Positions 21,646 to 34,200 of a DNA stretch of 64,000 nt are shown here, in pieces (the first letter of the stretch is position 1; each line of letters starts with the position of its first letter). The notes beneath the pieces are model-generated. The model was not told the DNA's origin and ran no database searches. It was given only the letters and a program-made list of their open reading frames with translations. The position numbers and the translations under genes were made by a program. Location of the stretch: positions 41,106,001 through 41,170,000 of the forward strand of contig CM052839.1 of assembly GCA_028534125.1 (NCBI GenBank). Reading direction: 5' to 3'. Origin of the DNA: Lama glama. Its lineage: Eukaryota.

Positions 21646-22633
21646 TGATTGGGGTAAGATGGGTCTGAACCAGCCAGTGAAACCTCAGGGGGGACCTGGT
21701 AGTTAGGACTCCGGAGATGTTTCTCAGAGAGGCGGTCTGATTTTCCTTCTCAGAAGTCCTGAGTCTGGGTGTGATCACTGTTTGTACACATTCCCTGGGG
21801 GAGAACCAGCCACAGGATGAAGATAGAGATGCAGAGAATAGGAAGGAACTTGCAGCAGCCAGCCCCAAAGGCCGCACGTACCAACCTAAAGCCCAAAACA
21901 CAGTTAACGGTCAAACCTGGAGGAAGCCGCGGCGGCTGTCAGCCATACGCCCTTACAGGGAGGCCAGTCTGAAGATGAACTGTAGAGTCTGGGGAAACAG
22001 CAGACTCAGACTTGGGACAGGAGGGACAGGCGTGCGGGCACAGCCATCCAAGGGGTGACACAGCAATGAACACCAAGATGGCGGAAGACTTGACCCCTAG
22101 TAGATCTTGAGCTTCCTACGCTCATGTAGTACATTAGCATGGTAAATGACATGCCCGCAGGTGCCATGACAGCTTTGAGGCTAACCATAAAAGGTCGAAC
22201 AGAGGGCGGGGGCCCAACTCCTGGGAATCCTAGCCCCTTCCCCAGGGTAATTGGAATGGTCCTCCCACTTGCTAGCATAGGAAGCTACCAGGCCTGGAAC
22301 AGCCGGCCGCACTGAGCAAGCCTCGCGGCCACTCTCGCTCCCTCCTCTTCGGAGACGGCCTTCATTCCGTCTGTGGCGTGTGCGTCTGCTTTTACTTTAA
22401 CCCGAGCACCCAAGCCCCACACCTCATGGCCTTTCTCTCGCCTTTTAAACAGCCTGCACTCTATGTAGTGTGCATCTCTCTTAATAAACGTATCTTTGCT
22501 CAACTGTGGTTCGCTCTTGAATTCTTGCCTGCACGCAGCCAAGGACCCACACTTGGCCTGGCACATCCCCAGGACTCAACCGAGACCTGGGACACGGCCC
22601 TGCTCCTGCCCCACACTCGTGTTTCTGGAATCA
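21646..22633 (+). mobile_element. Solo LTR (ERV1-like, 988 bp)
   Basis: Inverted termini TGATT...AATCA; near-TSD CCAG/CCGG; AATAAA at 22483-22488 followed by U5-like CTCTTGAATTCTTGCCTGCACGCAGCCAAGGACCC. Confidence 0.75.
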
Positions 22634-23049
22634 CCGGGAGGGAAGGTGCAGCGACTCAGGGCAGCTGCTGCTCAGGGTTGATGGGGGGAGGTCTGAATTT
22701 GCCAGAGAGGCTGTCTTTCTTGTTCCGTTCTTATTGCTAACCACAGAGGCACATCACAGGAAACTCAGTTCCCAGCTCTGAGTGTGGACCCAGGTGGCTC
22801 ATCCTGGACACTTCCACCTCAGCTTTGTCTCCACCCAGCTCTGTCTGCTGAAGCATCTGAACCATTACATCCTTCTTAAAGAGAAAGTGGCTTATCCCTC
22901 AGAACTGACCAGGGAGCTAATTCCCGGGGGTTCGGCTTTGTCTTGGGGACCAACTTAGAACATAAGATTTTTTTTTCATGTACTTTTTGTTTTACCTGCC
23001 AAATCAAACCCCTTTTTGAGTGTGTGTGTGTGTTTAATAGTCACCCTAT

Positions 23050-23335
23050 ATTTTTTAATTGAAGTACAGTCAGTTACAATGTGTCAATCTCTGGTGCACA
23101 GCACCATGTCCCAGTCATGCATATATACACATATATTCATTTTCATATTCTTTTCCTTTAGAGGTTATTAAAGGATATTGAATATGGTTCCCTGTGCTAT
23201 ACAGAAGAAATTTTTTTTAAAATCTACTTTCATATGTAGCGGTTAACATTTGCAAATCTCAAAGTACCGAATCTGTCCTTTCCCACCCCCTTTCCTTGAT
23301 AACTATAAGATTGTCTACTATATCTGCGAGTCTGT
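23050..23335 (-). mobile_element. L1 3' end fragment
   Basis: TTTTTTAATTGAAGTACAGTCAGTTACAATG..CCCTGTGCTATACAG. Confidence 0.75.
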
Positions 23336-24791
23336 GTTTTTAATGACTCCAGATCCATTCTGGTCTGCCTTCAGGTGATTTTATGTAAATTTGTGTCCTT
23401 TGCAGGAAGCTAATGCCTTGAGGATGCTGTCCCACTGCCCAGAGCCTCCAGATCTCCTCTCTGGTCTCTCAGAAGGAGCTCTAACTCAGTGTGGTCCTGG
23501 CTTCTGCAGAATATGTTTACTTTTGTGAGAAACTTCCAAAATATCTTAAGGGTGGTGGTACCACTTTGTTTTCTCATCTACCATAGATAAGAGCTCCTGT
23601 CGCTCCACACCCTCACCAGCATTTGGTGTCGTCAATGTTTTAGGTTTGAGCCATTCTAACAGATGTGTAGTGGTAGCTCACTATTGTTTTAATCCCAAGC
23701 TATGCTTCCTACGTCATCTCTGATGGAGGCTGAATCACCTTCACAGGTGACCCTGTGACCTCCCTTCTCAGCTGCAACCTTCTTTTTCAGGATGAAAGGA
23801 AAGTAGTTGAAATGAGAACGTGCTCTTGGATTCCAAGTCAAAGGTACAGAAGGAGACAACAGGGGGCTCTCCTCGTTCATACGACAGTCATTGTGCACCA
23901 AAAAGGGTGCCTGGATTTAGCAGGTACTTTAATTACATTTGTTGAATGGATGAATGAATGGATGAAACAGTGAGGTAATTAAGATCCAACCTGACTCCAA
24001 TCCCATGCTTTCCAGGAAATAGTAACCCTCTCTCCCCGCAAAAGGCCATCATCCTTGGAGTTCCCACTGGACAGGGGTCCTACCTGTTGGGGGCTAAGGC
24101 TGACCCCCACACTCAGGACACCTTTTGTCCTGGCCATGCTGAGCTGGCCCCAGTCATGGGGTTGCACAGACGCAGGGGTGACTCATGACTAGCAATAGGT
24201 GGGTAGGGTCCTGGTCAGGTTTGAGGTTTCCAAGCTCAAGAAAGGTTTGAGGGAAGGTGAGGAGCAGGTGCAGAGCTGGAGGAGATGGCGTCCAGCAGCA
24301 GATGGCACTCTTCCGGCAAGGGGATGGTAGAGTGGTGCTCAGAGCAAGTCCAGGACCCAGGCCCCCTCCCTGAGTTTAGGAGGAGCCCAGGAAAGCCACC
24401 AGAGATGCATCTGGACCCCCATTCTGAGAGGAGCATTGCCGCCCAGACTCACGGGGGCAGGGGTCTGCAGGTCAGGCCATGAGGATCTGGGAAGCCCGAG
24501 GCAGGCGGAGGAAAGCCATGCAGACAATAGAGCCATGGAGAGCGAAGCTTCAGAGGATTGCTGAGGAAAAGTGCTGGAAACTTACTCCTTTAGTCTCATT
24601 TACTAAGAAAACCCCACTCAGGACACATCCAGAAGAAGGGCTCCCAGAGCCTGGCTGCTCTGCCCTCGACTTGCTGCTTTCCCTTGGCTCTGGGTGAGCT
24701 TCCTCCGTGCTCATGCACCTGCTCAGAAGGCCCAGGAACAGAGACTCAAGGGGAAGGAGAAGCTGTGCTTTCCTCTAAAGGGAGCAATTGC

Positions 24792-25410
24792 GGGGTGGAG
24801 GGTGTAGCTCAAGTGGTAGAGTGTGTGCCTAGCGTGCATGAGCTTCTGGGCTCAACCCCCAGCACCTCCTCAAAGACCAAATAACTAAATAAGCCCAATT
24901 ACCTCCCCCTGTTGCAGAAAAATGTGTTACAGCTCAGTTGTGACAGCAACCTGGATCCAGACGAGAGACCAAGCAGCACTCGGAGGGTTGGAGAACTCAG
25001 GTTTATCACACCAGTTGACCCAGAGGAGTGATCACTCCAAGCTCTGGACCCCGTCTGTAGGTTTACACAGGCTTTTATAGGCTGCCAGTTTTACGCTTTG
25101 CAACATCATATGCAAATAGAGTATAACAGAAGTTGACCAACCAGGAACAAGCTTTGTAGAAATAGACCAATCAGGAGTGACAGAAAGTAACCAATCAGGA
25201 GTGAAAGAAATAACCAATCAGAAGTGAGCTCAGGGAACCAATAGAATTTTAGGGGTAAGTAAGCCATTTCAGAGGCAAAAAGTGAGATAGAGCCTCTGGG
25301 CCAGGGAACCGGATGGTGCTGGCAGGAGAGTAGTGGCCCTGCTTGGGGGTCCTGCGGGTCTTTCTATGGGGTTTCCCACCTCACCCCTACTAAAAAATAA
25401 AATTTAAAAA
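24792..25410 (+). mobile_element. vic-1-like SINE split by a solo LTR
   Basis: Head 24792-24870, tail module AATTACCTCCCCC to 24909, A-rich tail resumes at 25384; GAGCAAT occurs on both flanks. Confidence 0.8.
24910..25383 (-). mobile_element. Solo LTR (474 bp) with four CCAAT boxes
   Basis: TG...CA ends, CCCC TSD, TATAAAA on minus at ~25073-25079, CCAAT at 25167, 25191, 25214 and 25238. Confidence 0.8.
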
Positions 25411-25684
25411 AGAGCAATGGGCATCTGCTGTCACCATCTACCTCTACTGACTCTTGGTTACAAAATGCGCTAAAATCACACATGAAGAACCATCTGAGTC
25501 TCCGGCTGTTTACGGGCCTCTGCACCAGGCTCCTAAGAGAGACACGTCAGCTGGAAACGCTGTCTTAGCTCTAGCGCTAATTCATCTCATTTCTATCTTT
25601 CTCCCAACCCTGAGCAGTGGGCATATTAAGCAAGTTTTGCTTGACAGCTTTCACCGGAAGCCAGGGAAATTCCCAGAAGCGTGA

Positions 25685-25690
<6 letters not shown>

Positions 25691-25730
<40 letters not shown>
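25691..25730 (+). repeat. (GT)20 microsatellite
   Basis: Direct observation. Confidence 0.97.
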
Positions 25731-25738
<8 letters not shown>

Positions 25739-26439
25739 GTGCTGGGGACAGACTGGGGCGCCTATGCCAGTGGATTTTCTTTGATGACGTTATGAGAAGT
25801 AACAACCCAACCACAGTATCTCCGACGAGATGAGGGACTTCGTAAATATCAACAGTAAGGAAATGCGGGCAGCCACTGGCACTGGGTGGGCAACCGCCAG
25901 TAGCCCCCTCACCTCTCTTTGGCTTTGCCCCCTGCAGAGCTGCTGTGCCCCTGAGTCTGGTCAGGTCTTTGGGAGGCTGAATCCAAGTATTCACAGAGCG
26001 GGTGCCTCTGGAACTGGTGGACTGTGCACCTTGGTCCCCAACAGGGCGACTCAAAGAGTCTGAGTCTGGCTCAAATTCTGTCCTTTCTGGCACTGCGGAA
26101 ATTTCAGGCCAGTCACTGCCCAGAGCCCTAAACCAAGTGTAAGGTGCGAGAAAGTTTCTCATTGGCTGAAGGGCAAAGAGAGGGAATTACAGCATCCTTG
26201 GGAAATGGGGCGGGGCGGGGTGGGGAGGCTCCAGCTCCCAACCCTGCTGGGGACTGGAAGACTCCCTTCTCCTTTGTCCCCAGATGAGGACTCTTCTGGT
26301 GGCCTCTTAAGGCTGAGAACCAGGGCCGAGCTATTAGGACAAAGGGCAGGGTGGACACGTCCTCACGGGTGTTCAAAGGGAAACAGTCCATGTGGACCCA
26401 GGGAGTAGAAAGGGGGCTACAGGGGCTGGATCGGGGGCA

Positions 26440-26790
26440 GGAATGGGAGAGACTGACCAAAGGGCTGACTAAAGGTAAATAACTCTGGGGATCTAAAGCA
26501 CAGTGATTATAGTTAATAGTGCTGTGTTGTGCACTGGAAATTTGCCAAGAGGGTCAACCTTACGTGTTCTCACCACACCAAAAAAAAAAACAAAAAACTA
26601 AACTAAAATTAAAATAAATAAAAAAGCTAACTGTGTAAAGTGATGGATGTGTCAACCTGACTGTGGTGCTTGTTTCACAATGTACATGTCTATTGAATCA
26701 TCACGTTGTGTGCACCTTAAAAATCACATTTACACCTGAAGTACATGTAATTTTTATTTGTCCGTGATACCTCAATAGAGCTGGGGAAAA
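26440..26790 (+). mobile_element. L1M 3' end fragment
   Basis: GTGATTATAGTTAATAGTGCTGTGTTGTGCACTGGAAATTTGCCAAGAG..TACCTCAATAGAGCTGGGGAAAAAA. Confidence 0.7.
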
Positions 26791-27834
26791 AACCATAGGG
26801 AAACATTCCAAACGTGTGTCTGTCTGTGTGTTCGCCTGGGTGTGTGTCAGGGGCTGCATCTCAGATGGACTGTTTCTCCTCACGTGGAGTGAAGTTCCCT
26901 TTGGTCCGAGGACCACGACCCATGTGACACCAAGTGACCAAATCCCAGGGTGTCACTGCTGTGAGTGAGGCCTTTCCAAGAGGCCTCTTCCCCACAGACT
27001 TTTGTACTTATTAAGATGATTTAAACAACCTCATTTAAGAGAGGCAACATTATTTCCCTCAGACAGTTTTCTTTCATCTTATTTAAACAACATTGTTGAA
27101 AAGAGACAACGTCATTTAACCAGACAGCTCTTTTAACCATCCTCCCTGACCTGGAGGTAGTTTCTGAGACCCAGCGGCCCCACGGGGGATCCCAGCAGTC
27201 GTGCTGAGGGGAGAGGTGAGGGCTAGACTCCCAAGTCACAGCCCCCAGGAAGCCCCAGTCCCTGAGAGGTGGGAGGGGGGCAGGGAGCTAGGGGAGCCAG
27301 GATGGAGGAGGAGGAGGATGGGGAAGGATGGGGGGGAGGGGAAAGGAGGGAGGAGGAGGGGGAGGAAGGCCAGCACTGGGCCCCTCCTCAGCCCCATGTA
27401 CCCAGAGCATCACCCTCCCTGGGCAGAGGGGCCATCCAACCTCTCACGACCCAGAACCAGGACTCTCCACAGAATCACCCTCCTTAGGGTGTGTGTGTCT
27501 GTGTTTGTGTGCATTGGTCAGGGTTCTTATGGGCACGAGCCATCGAAACCCAATTTGACAAGCTCAAGAAAAAAATGTTTAAAAACCCCGCGTATCAGAA
27601 GCTCAGACCTAGAGCATGGTGAGCTGGTCTCAGGCGTGGAGGGGGCAGCTCCAGGCAGGGCTCCCCCTCTCTCTTCTGCATCCCTGTTGCTTCTCTCCGG
27701 GCCTCGGTCTCCGGCTCTGCATCCAAGTTCTTCCAGCAGTGGGGACACAACCGTCTGAACTCGGGCTCTATCCCAGTGGCTCCTGACGGTGAGCCCTGAC
27801 CCGCAGGGGTGGGGTGGGGTGGAGGGGGTACTTG

Positions 27835-28216
27835 CTACCCAAAGAAGTGGAAACGAGGGGCTGGCACTCCAGCCGGCAGTGATGCATCGGAAGGGCCCTG
27901 AGCGCTGTCCTCAAGCTGGGCAGGGCAGGGCAGGTGTCTGGCCAGCCTCCAGGGTCCCCAGCCACAGTCACCGCATCCTGACCGCTCAGAGGTGTTTCTT
28001 CCACGGCCCGTGTCTCCTCTGGAAAGGGGGTCGGGGGCTGGAAGTTTCTGCTCATCCATCAGTGTAAGGTTCAGTGGGCCAGAGGACAGGTTTACATAGA
28101 CGGGCTGTCCCCTTTGCTCCTCAGGGTCCCTCTGAGATCCCTTCAACCAGAGGTTGATACCAACCAAGACGAGCAAGATGGGCACTTTCACAAACGCCAG
28201 GAGCACGTAGTGGGTC
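27835..28216 (-). CDS. CD300LB: CD300LB exon 4, TM with Lys and cytoplasmic tail with YVN motif
   Basis: CTCACAG acceptor; RTHYVLLAFVKVPILLVLVGINLWLKGSQRDPEEQRGQPVYVNL...HFFG*. Confidence 0.85.
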
Positions 28217-31200
28217 CTGTGAGAGCGGGCAGAGTGGTCAGAGCCCTGGGCCCCTCCAGGCCCCGTCACCCCAGAGCCCTGACACCGGGGTGCCTTGGCC
28301 GGCTTAGCAAAGCCTGTGACCCTGGACCTGCCAGCCCCACTCCCAGGTCTTCCCCGGCAACCACCAGGGCTCCTCCAAATAACCTCAGGCTTTTGGTTTC
28401 GTTCTGTTCGAGGCCCACCTTCCTTTCTAATTCACCTTTGTCCGAAGCGCCGACAGGTCACCCACGACAGGCCGATTACCTGCCTGTGTGACTCACGGCT
28501 CCCGCTAACGCCACCTCCGGGTTGCCACATCACCCTCCCTGCTGACTTACATCCTAGAGATTTGTGTCTTGTCTCCCGGGAACCACTAGGTCATCAGTGC
28601 TTTTTGTTGACAATCGAACGGGCAGAGGATGCTGGCAGAGGAGAGGTCTGCAGAGGGGTTTTCTGGCCAGGCGAGCACAGGAAGATGGACAATGGGGAGC
28701 AATGTGGGCTGGACGGACACGGTGGCCGGGCTTTGGGCCTTGACTCTGACTACGCTGGGCTCTGGCATCTGGTGACCGCACAGGAGTCCCCAGGCTTGGC
28801 TACTCCAAAGGAGAGGCCCCAGGGAGGGGTGGGAGAAAGGACCACAGTCACTCACCTGATGTAGGAGACGGAGGACATGGCCATAATGCTGTTGGCCATT
28901 GTCCCGGAGGGCAGGCTCTCTGATGTGCTCAGAACAGCTCTCTCTATACACAGGCAAAGTTGGAAGTTGGCCACAGGTTATCGGCACAGACTGGGGGCTT
29001 CGTGACCCCCTCATAACGCCACCCCCGCCTGCCCGCCCTCACGGGAGCCCCCCTCCCTGGATCAGGAGACTTCATCTCTTTGGATTCAGCCCCTCCAGCT
29101 TCTCCCCTTTCTGTCAAGTCATCTGAATCACAGCACACGTTTTCCCTCATCATTTTCAGGTGTGACAAGAAGAAATAAAAGTTAAGCAGAAGGAAGCACT
29201 GCAGTTTATTCCGGGGGTGGGGAGAAATCTTTTTACACCCTCTCTGCTGACCTTGTAAGTAGGACTTTTAGTTGAGGGGTCGGGGGGAGGGGGGAACCCC
29301 TGGTCCTTTCTACTCAAACAGAGCCTGCACACGGCTCAGGTACAGACAGTTCCAGGGGTGGGGACAGCTCAGTAGTAGAGCACGCTTAGCATGTACCAGG
29401 TCCTGGGTTCAACCCCAGTACTTCCCATTAAAAAGACTAAAAAAAGTTAAAAATTTAGAAGGAGGAAGGTATAGCTCAAGTGGTAGAGCACACACTTAGC
29501 ATGCACAAGGTCCTGGGTTCAATCCCCAGTACTGCTTCTAAAATTAAATACATAAATAAACCTAATTACCGCCCTCCCCCCCCCAAAAAAAAACCCTTAA
29601 AAAAAAAAAGAACAGATAGTTCTGGAAATGGGGCCTCTAGTTATTGGGGTGGGTAACGAGGTGGGAGGACTCCAGAAGGCTGGTGACTGAGAGGATCCAT
29701 TCCGGTGAAATAGTGAACAGTGGCAGTGATGGAGGAAACATCTTTATGAGAAACTATGAAGATGGTTTATGTGAGCAGCCTGGTCCCCAGAGAGGAGAAG
29801 CACCGAGAATGCTGGAACAACCCTGCGTTGTCCAGGTTGCTGGGGCTCAGCACTGGGAACCCCTGGGTTACCCCAGATGCCCCTTCCCTCCTCCATGTAA
29901 CGACAGGTCTGGGGTGTGACTACCAGAGTTTGACCACCTCCTAGAGTGAGGCCCTGGGACATCACTGCACGTGCCTCGGAGAGGCCTCAGGGACGGGATG
30001 GGGCAGCTGCGCTGGGCTGCTCCTCTGCCTTGGCTCCTCCCACTTCCTTCCCATCTGTCTGTCTGTCCCTCGTTCTCTTTCACACTTGCTCTCAGGCACT
30101 ACCTTCTACCCTTGGAGAGGAGCAAGGCAGAAGCCCTCACTCTTCCAGTCCTGAGCAGTGTAGACGAGGCAGCTCTTACCTGGGACAATGGTCACTTTAA
30201 TTTTTGCCCCAAGGTCAGTCCCAGTCTTCTCAATCCCGCACCAGTAAGTGTCGGTGTCATTCTGTCTGAGCTCCAGCATGGTCACCATGAGCACGCGGCC
30301 TTTCTGGTCGTCCCTGATCGACACATGGTCCTCCTTCACTTCTTGCTCTGATCCTTCAGTTTGGACGAGGATCCTGCATAACTCCCACCTTTCTCCTCGG
30401 CACCACCACTTCCTGTAGGTCTCCCATCCTGGGTCATAGCGACACTGAATGGTCACTGATCCCTGCTCTACGCCTTGCACGGACTCTGGGCCTTGGATGG
30501 AGAAATAACCTGGAAAAAAGAATCCTAAGTTACAGCTCCTGACAGCCTGAGCCAGGACACACAGATGTCCTTCCTGGCCAGCCCCCAGTCGATGCCTCAT
30601 GTTTACCTTCTCCTTTGTTCAGTGTCCCAGTCCCCACCAGCTCCCTAGGAGATGGTGTTCTGGCCCATTTGGTTCCCCATCTCCCTACACCTGCTCACGG
30701 CATCTGATTTTCTGACACTTTTTCCTTGTCTTCTCAACACTGTTCTTGCTGGCCTCCTCCTTCTTCTCCAATGACTCTGCCCCCGAGGTCTCTACTGATT
30801 TCTCTTCTCTTCCTCTCTCTTTAAATCTTGATGTAAACAGTGGCATGTTGATAACTATTTAACAACCAGCCATCTGGGGGGAAAGTCTCCAGTCTGGCAC
30901 ATTTTCCAGTTTCTACAGTATAAATTTTCCCACCATGGCTGATTTCAGGCTACCAACGCGATGTCACTGGACACAGAGTTGAGAAGAGATGTGCCACATC
31001 TGAGCCAGTGTGAGGCAGCGACACCTCCGGGGAGCCCCGAGCTCTCCCTCCAGCCTTCATCTGGTCTCACTTTATTGTAACCCCACGGAGTGATTTTCCA
31101 CTCCCCCGCCTAGATGCTGATGAATCCCAAATCCGTATTTGTAAGCCAAATTCCCCCTCCGCCGTCACTGTCCACGGACAGCTCATCTCACACCAGGAAG

Positions 31201-34200
31201 GGAATGAGCTCTGGACATAGGAAGACATATCTGCCACAGGCTAGTTGGGAAACCTTGGGTAAGTTGCTTAATCTCCTCGAGTCTTTCTTCCTTATTTGTA
31301 GAATGGCTTGCAGGTTGTCATGGGACTTGGATGGGCGTTGAACCCCAGACATATGAGGGCTGCCCCATCAGTGAGAGCCCATCAGTAGGACCTCATCTGG
31401 TGCTCAGATGGTGAGAGCAGCATCGGGGGAGGGTCCCCAGCTCCACTGCGCCCCTCCTCCAATCCCTTCCGCATTTCGCTGCTGCCAGAGTTTTGTACCA
31501 AAACTGTCCCCACCTCATCCTCAGCACCGCCTGCTGTGAGCACTTAGATGTTTATCAGGACCTCTCCTACAGCCACTCCCCTGTGCCTCAGAATGATTTA
31601 AAATGCCTAAGTTTGGCATTTAAGTCTTTTACAGTCAAGATCCAAGTTCTCTGCCCAGTGCCACTTCCTGCCCCGGCTCCCACTCCGTCCTGCTTCCCAC
31701 CCCCACTTTCCTCTTCCCCTCACCCTGATGCGCCCCCCCAGGCAGCTGTGTCATTGCCCTTCTCCACCCCCTGCCAGTCTATCGCTCACCCTTCAACATT
31801 CAGCATTCAATCTTTGCAGCATCAGTCCCCTTCCCAACGGAACGGCTTCCTCTCTTGGCTCCACGCCCCTCTGCATGGACCTGAATGCTGCGCTGGTATT
31901 TTGTCATTCTTAGCAGTGTTTCTCTCTGTCTCTGTTCCAAAGAGCAGAGATCCTGTGTTTGTTTGTCTGTTTTCTCTCTATCCCACCCCCGCGTTTTGCA
32001 CAGTGTCTAGATCCTGGTCAGTATCGATAAAGTTTATGATTGTTTTTGAACAGAAGCTGGTCATTATGATCTGGGACATAATCATTTCAAGGCTAGGGTT
32101 AACTATAATTTCCACACCAGTGGGAGACAAAGCATAAGGATGCTGAAATATAAGGATGCGATGGTAAAGGCTGGAAACAAATCCAAATGCCACCAATGGG
32201 AGGTGGGGCTAATAAATTACGGCCCATCCATAATAAATCACGGCTAAAAGGAAAAGACAAATCACTCATACGACAAGAAAGATGTCCCAGATATATTATG
32301 ATCAGGTTAGAACAAGTTGCCAAACAGAGTATCTGTGATACCATGTCTGTAGTTTTTCTAAAGCAGGTGCACAGGGTAAAAAATCAGAAAATAACGTGTT
32401 CTGATTTTTTACCAGTGGTCAGTGTTGAGATTGGGCTTTGGGGGGGTGGGGGTGGATTTCACTTTCTAGATCACACATTTCTATTTTGTTAAAGCTTTAC
32501 AATATCATTAACTGATAAAGCAATAATTTTTTGAATTAAAAAGGAGGCGATTAGGAGACGGATTGCTAAAAACAGCAATTGATGTAAATTAAAATCTAAC
32601 GCAGGGGTGGGCATAGCTGAGTGCTAGAGCGCATGCTCGGCGCACACGAGGTCCTGGGGTCGATCCCCAGTACCCCCACTTAAAAAATAAATAAATAAAC
32701 CCACTTACCTTCCCCTCCCCCCCAACAGAGAAAAAAAAATCGAATGCAAGAATCAGCAGAGGGTCATTTTTTACCCCTTAAAAACATGACACAGCTATAG
32801 TAGAAAGCAGAGGTTCAACACAGATTCTATTTGCCAACAATCACGAACAGCAGGGAAGAGATGCTGCTGCTTTGAAAAAGAAGTTTCATTAATGCCAGCT
32901 TCAGTCATTCATTCTGACAGCAAAGCACTCACAATGCGATGGGGGTTGTTTTTGAAAAAATAGGTGGGAGGCTTTTATAAACACACATTGTGATGGATGG
33001 AGCTCTTCACTGGGTTTATGTGTGTTTGTTTCGAAGGAAGAGAGGGAGAGAAATGATAAGACCGCGGCGAGCTGGGAGCAGAGCTCCGGGGAACGGGGCT
33101 AATGGGTTTTAAAAGCACAAGCCGGTCTGAATGTCAAGTTTTTGTTTTTGTGAGTCTGAGATAAAAGCTTTCTCCTTCGTGTCAGTCCCGCGGGAAGGTT
33201 TGCCTCGTGTGGAAAATCCCTGTGTGAACAGTCCTGTCTCAAAATCGAGACAATGTGGATCTCCACCCCTGGGCTGACCGCAATGACAGAATGACACCTA
33301 AAATGAGGCAGCCATGGGGGTGCTCAGAGCAGAGGTGCCCGTGGGGCTGCGGGATGTGCAGTGGGGTCTGAGCCCGTCTCAGTTTGCACTTACGGGGCCA
33401 GGGTGACTTCTGGCGCCCCTGAAAATTCTTGCCAGCCCGAGCTCAGGAGAGTGATTTCTGGGGTACAGGTCTGAATGACAGGCCCCTGGTCATTCTTGTA
33501 ACACTTTCCCTCGTTGGGAGAACAGGGGTCTCTTCTTCCACTTGCAAACACTTACTAAGCGCCTGCTGTATGCCAGTGACTGTGTCCCTCTCAGGGTTGT
33601 TGGGGGATCGGGTAGCCAAGCGGACGAGAGACTGTCCCCCGGAAGCTGGGACTTTCTGGCTGCGCCCCGTCCACTTTCTCTCCTTTCACAGAAGTGACCC
33701 CAGTGGCTATTGGTGTCTGGAGGTGAAAACTTGGTGGGGTGACTTTTTTTTATCCTTGACTAACTTCACCCCCTGCCCACATTTTTTCAGCTTTGAAGGT
33801 GGAGGGACCCCCATCCCATCTCTGCAGCACCCACCCTCCCCGAGACACAGATCAGCCTCGGTGGGTCTCAGCCTTCAAATGTGTGTGGGGTGTGTGTGTG
33901 AGGGAGACTTGTGTGAGCCTGTGCGCACGTGTGCTTAACTGTGTATGTGTGTGTTTGTGTGTGTGTGAATTTGTGTGAATGAGAAAGACTGTGTGTATGT
34001 GTGGGACCGTGTAAGTGTGTGTATCATTTTGCATCTCCGCGAGTGAGTGTATGTGTTGTGCCTGTGTGTATGCACGTGTGTGTGGATGGATGAGTGTGAC
34101 TATGTATGAGTGTGTGAGAATGTAGGTGTGAATGGGGGTGTGAGTCCCTGTGGGTGTCTGTATTCACCTCCATTGTGTGGATGTGTTGTGTGAGTGTGTG

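Noticed and set aside
25160-25245. Periodic ~24-nt repeats resembling a CRISPR-like array
   Set aside because: Eukaryotic LTR enhancer repeats (CCAAT boxes) with no unique spacers
30838-31030. MER63-like copies in intron 1 of both CD300LB and CD300E as a duplication marker
   Set aside because: Different relative positions and no visible flanking homology; independent insertions explain them
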